DNA of 64,000 bases, from assembly GCA_963617165.1 (NCBI GenBank), contig CAVEOF010000004.1:3264-67263 (forward strand). Direction: 5' to 3'. A model generated the notes under the pieces. The model did no database searches. It saw only the letters and a program-made list of their open reading frames with translations, and was not told the origin of the DNA. Position 1 is the first letter of the stretch. Every line of letters starts with the position of its first letter. The translations under genes were made by a program, and so were the position numbers. Source of the DNA: Coriobacteriaceae bacterium (GTDB lineage: Bacteria; Bacillota; Clostridia; Oscillospirales; CAG-272). This document shows positions 1 to 5,791 of this stretch, in pieces.

Positions 1-501
1 GGTCGCGTGCAGCTCCTTCAGCAGCTTGTACTGACAGCAGAGGTGAGGGTACAGCTCCCGCCCGAAGGCAAGATCCCCCTCGCGGAACACGAAGTCGACG
101 ACCGCGACGATGAAGGGGTTCGAATAGGAGAAAATGTCCTTTTCCGCCCCGCGCCCCATGGCGAAGTGGCGGATGTAATCGTAAAGGAATTCCTTGTGCT
201 TGAAATAGCGTCCCTCCGCGATGTGATGGGCGACGGGACAGCCGATGGCGTTGTACGCGCCCGCCCACGGCACATTGGGCAGAAACTCGGTGACGACATG
301 CCCGTCCTCGGTCTTCTTGATGTGCTTGCGGTAGGTGAAGAAGCGGAAGTAGTAGGTCTCTTCCATCTGCTTGTCGGGAATGTCGATGTGCGGGACGTTC
401 TCCGAGAGGAAGGCGAGCGCTAGGCTGTCGGGGATCTCGTTGACCGTGGTCTCGGGGCACTCTGCGATAAACTTTTCGATATATTCGGCAATGGGTCTCA
501 T
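1..501 (-). CDS. N-terminal part of a probable glycoside hydrolase (alpha/alpha-toroid, GH63/MGH1-like); gene runs off the left edge
   Basis: Absent from the ORF track because it is open at the window edge. My translation from ATG 501-499 on the minus strand gives MRPIAEYIEKFIAECPETTVNEIPDS...MEETYYFRFFTYRKHIKK...LKELHAT with no stop. AGGAGAG Shine-Dalgarno lies about 5 nt upstream. The neighbour is another glycosidase. Family assignment is from motif memory only. Confidence 0.55.
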   Translation of the reverse strand, partial: MRPIAEYIEKFIAECPETTVNEIPDSLALAFLSENVPHIDIPDKQMEETYYFRFFTYRKHIKKTEDGHVVTEFLPNVPWAGAYNAIGCPVAHHIAEGRYFKHKEFLYDYIRHFAMGRGAEKDIFSYSNPFIVAVVDFVFREGDLAFGRELYPHLCCQYKLLKELHAT

Positions 502-520
502 ACGGCTCTCCTTTTTGAAA

Positions 521-1396
521 TCAAAACAGCTCGCGACCGTGCTTTGTCGCACAGCCGACGTACTCGCGCTTGCCACGTCTGCCGTTGAACCACACCGTCC
601 AGAGGTCGCGTGCCTTGTCGTACAGCATGGAGGGCTTGTAGACCGAATCCTCATCCCACGTGTCGGGGGTCGCCGTGACCATGGGATTGTTTTCGCTGCG
701 CACGAAGTCATGGATGCCGTCGGGGCTCTTCGCCGCGCAGATGCAGGCGGTGTCGATGTCGCGGTAGCCGATATAGAACATGAGATACCCCATGTCCTCC
801 GTGTGGATCATCTGACATCCGCCGACACGGTCCTGCTCGAACTCGAGCGTGCCGTGACCGAAGATCGGGTTGTTTTCATACTTTTTGAAGTGGATGCCGT
901 CCGTGCTCTCGGCGTAGCAGAGGACGTTCGGCTCGTACGTCTCGCCCGCGGCGTACCACATCTTATAGACGCCGTCCTCGAACAGGACGCAGGGGTTCAT
1001 CACCGAGTCCTTTTCGAAGTCCGTCTCGGGGGAGAGGATCGGATCCTTCAGAACACGCTCGAAGTGAATGCCGTCCTTGCTCTCGGCGTAGCCGATGTAG
1101 CTCTTGCCCTTCGACTGTCCCGTGTACCACATTTTATATACGCCGTCGATCTTCAACACGCAGTTGCGGTTGACGCGCTCGTCTTCCCAGTCGGTGTCGG
1201 GGTTCGGCGCGAGGGTGATGATCGGCTCTCCGAAGCGGATCCCGTCGTCCGAAAAGGCGACGGCGACCGATTTGTGATCTCTCCAGGAAAAGTCCATGCG
1301 GTACTTTTCACCGTCGTGCGTCACGTAGACGTCGAAGCAGACGCCCCGCTCGGGTCCGCCGAAGATCGGATTGCCCGTGTATTTCTCAAAAAACAT
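521..1396 (-). CDS. Five-bladed beta-propeller glycosidase (GH43/GH130 superfamily, DUF377-like)
   Basis: 291-aa ORF. Blade signatures recur: DDGIRFGE, SKDGIHFER, STDGIHFKK, SPDGIHDF, and VYKMWYTG, VYKMWYAAG, WTVWFNG. Confidence 0.6.
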   Translation of the reverse strand: MFFEKYTGNPIFGGPERGVCFDVYVTHDGEKYRMDFSWRDHKSVAVAFSDDGIRFGEPIITLAPNPDTDWEDERVNRNCVLKIDGVYKMWYTGQSKGKSYIGYAESKDGIHFERVLKDPILSPETDFEKDSVMNPCVLFEDGVYKMWYAAGETYEPNVLCYAESTDGIHFKKYENNPIFGHGTLEFEQDRVGGCQMIHTEDMGYLMFYIGYRDIDTACICAAKSPDGIHDFVRSENNPMVTATPDTWDEDSVYKPSMLYDKARDLWTVWFNGRRGKREYVGCATKHGRELF

Positions 1397-1470
1397 AAAA
1401 GATGCCTCCCTGCAAGCTTTGTTTTCCCCATTATATCATAGAAAAAGCAAGATTGCAAGGAGGTGTTCCG

Positions 1471-1510
1471 AAAATCGTTATTTTATGGAAAAAATCGTTA
1501 TTTTATGGAA
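1471..1510. repeat. Perfect tandem duplication of a 20-bp unit AAAATCGTTATTTTATGGAA (1471-1490 and 1491-1510)
   Basis: Read directly. It lies in the spacer between the glycosidase start (1396) and the last gene of the phage-like cluster (1578). Confidence 0.95.
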
Positions 1511-1577
1511 TTTTTCCTCTCGCGAAAGGGGTCTTCGGAACCTTACCGCGCCCGAAAGGCACGGGGAAGGGCGCCCC

Positions 1578-2432
1578 TTACGCGCTCATGTCCTCCTTCG
1601 TCACACGGTTTCGGGGCGAGGAGGACAGAAACGCGCGGATGAGCCGCTCCTTCATCGAGAGCCACGGGAGCTTGATCTCCGTGACGTAGCGGTACCCGAC
1701 AAGGTAGCCGCGCAGACCGACGCCGAGCAGCGCCGCGAGCTGAAAGATGCCCTCCGCGATCTCGGCGGCGCCCATCTCCTTGACGGACACGGCGACCGAA
1801 ACGGTGAAGAACAGGGAAAAGAGGGAGGGGATGAGCCCGCCGAGAAGACGGCGCGCCCGCGAGGCGGCGGGATCTTTCACCCGCTCGCATTTTTCGGATG
1901 CCCCGCCCGCGAGCATTCCCTCGGCGGAGAGGGAGAGGGGGCGGATCGCCTTCACCCGCAGATAACGCAGACGGTCAAGGAAGCCGACGGGCTTCCCGCC
2001 GAGAAAGGCGAGATAATCGTCGTAGGTTTTCCCGTAGGCGAGAAGCCGCCGTTTCCTGCGGTAGACGAGCTCGTCCTCCGCGTACCGCCCGAGGAATTCG
2101 GCAAAGTCGCCGAGCCTGTCCGCCTCCACCTGCCCGAGCGCGTCGGAGAGCAGGGCACTCGCCGCGCTCCCCCTCTCCCCGAGGAGAGCGAGAGACTCGC
2201 CCTCCCCCTCGAGAGAAAAGTAAATGACCGACGCGCACATCGCGAAGAGGAGCGCCCGCAGGGTGAATTCCTCCCCGAAGATCTCGGCGAAGCCGATGTC
2301 GGTAAAGGTGAAGATCCCCGCCATCAACAGCGCGAGCGCCGCGATGGCTTTTCCGATATGCTCGATCAGCGCGCGCTTGCCGCGGTCGGCGAGCTCTCCG
2401 CCGGCGAGAAGGGTGTCTTCAAAGCTTTTCAT
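1578..2432 (-). CDS. Membrane protein of unknown function (distal gene of the phage-like cluster)
   Basis: ORF 1578..2522. I prefer ATG 2432 (MKSFEDTLL) because it overlaps the stop of the upstream small ORF as ATGA (tcat at 2429-2432). Hydrophobic segments: AIAALALLMAGIFTF, LRALLFAMCASVIYF, LIPSLFSLFFTVSVAV, IFQLAALLGVGL. Confidence 0.6.
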   Translation of the reverse strand: MKSFEDTLLAGGELADRGKRALIEHIGKAIAALALLMAGIFTFTDIGFAEIFGEEFTLRALLFAMCASVIYFSLEGEGESLALLGERGSAASALLSDALGQVEADRLGDFAEFLGRYAEDELVYRRKRRLLAYGKTYDDYLAFLGGKPVGFLDRLRYLRVKAIRPLSLSAEGMLAGGASEKCERVKDPAASRARRLLGGLIPSLFSLFFTVSVAVSVKEMGAAEIAEGIFQLAALLGVGLRGYLVGYRYVTEIKLPWLSMKERLIRAFLSSSPRNRVTKEDMSA

Positions 2433-2665
2433 CGGCGTACCCCTCCCCTTCGTGTCTTTTTGCGGTTCCCTTCCGCAGAGCGGGCGCCCTCGCAAGCGAA
2501 GCCGAAGCCTTCGTGTCCGCAAGCGTAGCCTTTACGCTCGCAAGCGATGCTTTTGCGGGACGGAAAACTTTCGGGGCTGCCGTCGGCGCCTTCGCCCCCC
2601 GTCACCGCACCGAGGGGAAGGGCGCCGCGCGGATCTCCCCCGACGGACAGATCACGGCTTGTCAT
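2429..2665 (-). CDS. Small Cys/Gly-rich protein (78 aa), unknown function
   Basis: Internal ATG (2665) of ORF 2429..2704 with GGGGGAG about 7 nt upstream. The product starts MTSRDLSVGG and contains ACERKGYACGHEGFGFACEG. Its stop overlaps the next start as ATGA. Composition is only weakly protein-like. Confidence 0.35.
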   Translation of the reverse strand: MTSRDLSVGGDPRGALPLGAVTGGEGADGSPESFPSRKSIACERKGYACGHEGFGFACEGARSAEGNRKKTRRGGVRR

Positions 2666-3011
2666 TTTTTCGCTCCCCCTTTCGGAAGAAGTAGGAGCCG
2701 ACAAGGTTGCCGCACAGCCCGAAGAAGGAGACGACGATCATCTCGTCGGCAATGCTCGAAAGCAGCCAAAAGAGGCAGAAGGCGAAGAGCCAGAGCTGCC
2801 ACACCGCGGGCGAGGTGAGCCACCGCTTCACCCATCGGTAGAGGGGAAGCGCGGAGAAGAGAAGGAGCAGGAGCACGAAGCCCGAGAGCGCCGCCCTCTC
2901 TCCCGCCGCGCGGAAGAGCGGAAAGTAGGCGAGCGTCGCCCCCGCGGGCGGCAGGACGGAGAAGAGCAGTCCGAGCAGGGAATAGAGAAGACGGCTTCCG
3001 TTACGCTTCAT
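2652..3011 (-). CDS. Small integral membrane protein (119 aa, about 4 TM)
   Basis: ORF track. Hydrophobic stretches: LLYSLLGLLFSVL, FVLLLLLFSALPL, WQLWLFAFCLFWLL, VVSFFGLCGNLVG. It overlaps the upstream gene end (3001-3011). Confidence 0.6.
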   Translation of the reverse strand: MKRNGSRLLYSLLGLLFSVLPPAGATLAYFPLFRAAGERAALSGFVLLLLLFSALPLYRWVKRWLTSPAVWQLWLFAFCLFWLLSSIADEMIVVSFFGLCGNLVGSYFFRKGERKNDKP

Positions 3012-3585
3012 CGGGGGCTCCTTCGAGCGCCGCGCGCATCTCTTCCATGCGCCGCGCGACGAGCTCCTTCTGATACTGCGGCAGGGAGGAGGACGAGAAG
3101 ATGTCGTAGAGCAGCTCCACCTCTCCGAGAAGGAGAGATTTCAGATGCCCGATCTCGTCGGATCGCTTTTGCAGCTCCCCGAGCGCCTCGCCGAATCCGC
3201 GCACCGAATCGGCACACTCACGGAAGGAATCAAACATAATTTGTAATTGATTCTTTACAAATTCCGCGTTTTCTGCAGATTCCTCGCCGATTTTTTTGCT
3301 TTCTTCGCCGATCTCCTTTACCTTGTCGGAAAGGACACCGACCCCACCGCGAAGCAGGGGAAGCATCCCGCGCTTATAGGAAAAGGCAATGACGAGGGTA
3401 CCGAGCGCGGCGAACGCGCCGAACACGGCGCCAAGGTTCTGCGCGATGTCGCGGTAGAGAAGGGCAAAGGGATTTTCCTCCGCCTCCTCCCCCGCGATCT
3501 CGGCGCTCTCGGCACAGACGCCGACGGCAAAGAGGGCGGCGATCAGTGCGAGCAAAAGACAAAAGAGAAGAATTCGTTTTTTCAT
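3001..3585 (-). CDS. Membrane-anchored coiled-coil protein (194 aa)
   Basis: N-terminal signal/TM segment MKKRILLFCLLLALIAALFAVGVCA, a second TM LGAVFGAFAALGTLVIAF, then a helical charged C-terminal half. Confidence 0.6.
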   Translation of the reverse strand: MKKRILLFCLLLALIAALFAVGVCAESAEIAGEEAEENPFALLYRDIAQNLGAVFGAFAALGTLVIAFSYKRGMLPLLRGGVGVLSDKVKEIGEESKKIGEESAENAEFVKNQLQIMFDSFRECADSVRGFGEALGELQKRSDEIGHLKSLLLGEVELLYDIFSSSSLPQYQKELVARRMEEMRAALEGAPDEA

Positions 3586-3646
3586 TCTGTGATCCTTTCA
3601 TAAAAAGATGGTTTGCGTCCGCCGTCAGGCGGTTTTGACGCGCGGT

Positions 3647-4033
3647 TCAGAGGATCGTCGCTTTGCCGAGTCGCTCTTCGAGCGCCGCGAGCTTCTTTTC
3701 CGCCACGCCGAGACGGGAGTCGAGAAGAGCGAGCGCCTCCCCCGCCGCGAGCACCTCGTCGTCCGCACCGAGCTTGCCCCGCTCGACGCGGATCGGTGTG
3801 CAGACGACGGTCCTCCCGGGGAGAAAGAGCAGGGGCTTCGTTTCCCCCTCGGCGAGCGCCTCGCGCGGAAAGTCGGCGGCACCGCCGCGAAGAGGGAGAA
3901 TGCGTTTTCCGAGGCGCACCGTTCCCTCGACCCCTTCGCCGAAGCAAAGGTGCAGATCCGCGCCCGCACGGTCATAGCCGACGGAGGTGAGAAAGGCGCG
4001 CGCGCCGAGGATCTTGTAATGGAATTCGGTCAT
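3647..4033 (-). CDS. Phage structural protein, unknown role (128 aa, C-terminal coiled coil)
   Basis: ORF track. It follows the fibre-like genes in the same operon. C-terminus: LALLDSRLGVAEKKLAALEERLGK. Confidence 0.5.
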   Translation of the reverse strand: MTEFHYKILGARAFLTSVGYDRAGADLHLCFGEGVEGTVRLGKRILPLRGGAADFPREALAEGETKPLLFLPGRTVVCTPIRVERGKLGADDEVLAAGEALALLDSRLGVAEKKLAALEERLGKATIL

Positions 4034-4147
4034 CGGGCACCTCCTCCGACGGCTGTGCGCGGGGGACGACTCTCCCGTATACGCGCGCTCGTTTGATGAT
4101 TTCGCTTCATAAATGGTTGTCCTTTCTTTTAGTGTAGCGTCCGTGCA

Positions 4148-4624
4148 TCATGCCGACGCAACGCCGCGCACGACGGCTTGCTTCGTTCCGTCGTACCAGA
4201 GGAGGACGGTATAATGCTTTCCCGCGAGGGGAGTGAACACCCCGCCGCTCGTGTCGTCGCCCGTGAATTTGCACTCCTCGTCGGTGTAGAATTCGGGAGC
4301 CTCCGTGCCGGAGTCAAAAACAAGGATCGCGTAAAAGTCCGCCTCCGGCGTGTCGGGGAAGTAGTATTCCACCGCCCCGTCCTCGATCGTCGTAATGCGG
4401 TATTCGACCCCCGTCTCGAGGACACCGTAGGAAAGCGCGCCGCTCTTGACGCATCTTTCTCCGACGGGCTTTAAGGCGGAAAAGGTGTTTTTGCCGTTCC
4501 CGACGCGCAGCTGTACGCGCCCGTTCGCCATTTTCAGGAAGGCGATCTCCCCGTCCTTGAGGGGGACGTCGTGTGCCGTCCATTCCGCAGAGCTCCCGCG
4601 GAGAAACTGGAAAAAATGATACAT
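4148..4624 (-). CDS. Phage tail-fibre/receptor-binding-type protein with an Mtd_N / hyaluronidase-N-like opening motif
   Basis: N-terminus FLRGSSAEWTAHDVPLKDGEIAF resembles the conserved R-G-t-a-aeW-...-vL-.GE motif at the start of many phage fibre proteins. This is from motif memory. Confidence 0.55.
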   Translation of the reverse strand: MYHFFQFLRGSSAEWTAHDVPLKDGEIAFLKMANGRVQLRVGNGKNTFSALKPVGERCVKSGALSYGVLETGVEYRITTIEDGAVEYYFPDTPEADFYAILVFDSGTEAPEFYTDEECKFTGDDTSGGVFTPLAGKHYTVLLWYDGTKQAVVRGVASA

Positions 4625-4643
4625 AGCCTGAAGATCTCCTTAT

Positions 4644-5777
4644 TTATAATCTGTCGGGACGCTCGCTCGGCTTGCCGCAGTCAATGGTGAGGCGTATCTG
4701 ACCGCTCGTGAGTGAGGTGTGCCACGAGAGCAGATTGCGAAGGTAGGTGCCGAGGGTCGAGGTGCCGAAGTACACCGTCTCGAAGAAGGTGCCGTCGGTA
4801 AGAGAGGTGAAGAAGGCGTCCAGCGTTTGCTCCTCGGTCACGCCCGTCTTGTAGGCGGAGGGAGAAAAGGCATTTTCTTCGACCTCGGTGATCTTATCCT
4901 CTATTCCGTCAAGTTTGGTTGACAAATTCCCGTCTCCGCAGGGAATCACCGTGAGAATATCGCCGCTCTTCACGTCGGAGAAGAAATCGGAGACCGTATA
5001 ATTTTCCTTGATCCCCGTCTCTGTCGAACCGGTGAGGATCGTCGCCTTTACCTCGTCGATCTTGTCCGATGCCTCGCTTTTCGCACTCGTGAGATCACCC
5101 TCGATCTTCGTAAGACGCTCCTCGAGCTTGCCGCCGTCCGTCACGAGGTAGTCGGCAAAGGCGCCGCTCTTGATGTCGTCGAACATGTCGGCGAGGGTGT
5201 GCGTCCCGGTAATGCCGGTGCGGATGCTTTTTTCACGGAGCGTCGTCTGCAATGCCGCGATGTTCTCCCGCATCCCCTTCATGATGGGGCCGAGGATGCC
5301 CGAGGAGGTGACGAGCACCTCGGAGAGCGCGCCGTTTCGCACGCCGGCGAGGAAGTCCGCGAGCGTCGGGAAGCCGGGGACCCCCGACGGCATTTTCTTC
5401 ATATGCTCGTATGAGGTCGCGTCGTCGATCTCTCCGTCGATGCGGTCAAGACGCGCGGAGAGCTTTTCTTCCCCCGTCGACAGATACCCCGCGAGCGCGC
5501 CGCTTCCGATGTCGGAGAAGAGATCGGCGAGGGTGTGCCCCTCTCCGAGTCCCGTCGGCACCGCGTCGGCGAGAGAGCCGTCGCCCGAGGCGGCAATGTC
5601 GTCGAGCAGGGAATTGAAGCGTTCGATGAGGAAGAGAGGCAGACGGTCGAACGCCTCCTTCATTTCCGCCGCCGTGTACCCTCTGCCGCCGAACGCGCCC
5701 GAGGCGTTCGGTCGGGAGGGAAGAGAGGAGACGCGAAGGGCGGCGATCTCCGCGTTTTTGATTTTTTCGGTCGTCAT
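4644..5777 (-). CDS. Phage tail-fibre-like protein with five internal repeats of about 45 aa
   Basis: ORF 4644..6083. I prefer ATG 5777 (MTTEKIKNAEIAALRV) with GAAAGGAA upstream, directly after the stop of the 904-aa gene (5792). Repeat cores: HTLADLFSDIGSGALAGYL, PTLADFLAGVRNGALSEVL, HTLADMFDDIKSGAFADYL, YTVSDFFSDVKSGDILTVI, QTLDAFFTSLTDGTFFETV. Confidence 0.65.
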   Translation of the reverse strand: MTTEKIKNAEIAALRVSSLPSRPNASGAFGGRGYTAAEMKEAFDRLPLFLIERFNSLLDDIAASGDGSLADAVPTGLGEGHTLADLFSDIGSGALAGYLSTGEEKLSARLDRIDGEIDDATSYEHMKKMPSGVPGFPTLADFLAGVRNGALSEVLVTSSGILGPIMKGMRENIAALQTTLREKSIRTGITGTHTLADMFDDIKSGAFADYLVTDGGKLEERLTKIEGDLTSAKSEASDKIDEVKATILTGSTETGIKENYTVSDFFSDVKSGDILTVIPCGDGNLSTKLDGIEDKITEVEENAFSPSAYKTGVTEEQTLDAFFTSLTDGTFFETVYFGTSTLGTYLRNLLSWHTSLTSGQIRLTIDCGKPSERPDRL

Positions 5778-5791
5778 AAGAGTTCCTTTCG

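Noticed and set aside
371-1441. 356-aa plus-strand ORF overlapping the glycosidase gene
   Set aside because: It is antisense to a gene with clear beta-propeller motifs. Its Arg/Val/Ala/Gly-rich composition is typical of shadow ORFs in high-GC DNA, and it has no RBS or recognisable motif.
1471-1510. Possible CRISPR array or other repeat array
   Set aside because: There are only two abutting copies with no spacers, and no cas genes anywhere in the window.
4034-4147. 26-aa ORF (MKRNHQTSARIRESRPPRTAVGGGAR) between two phage genes, with an ATGA overlap to the next start
   Set aside because: Too short and too compositionally poor to support. It is recorded only as a possibility.
4148-4624. Possible diversity-generating retroelement, suggested by the Mtd_N-like opening motif
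   Set aside because: There is no reverse transcriptase gene in the cluster, and I could not find a template/variable repeat pair. The motif is common to many phage fibre N-termini.
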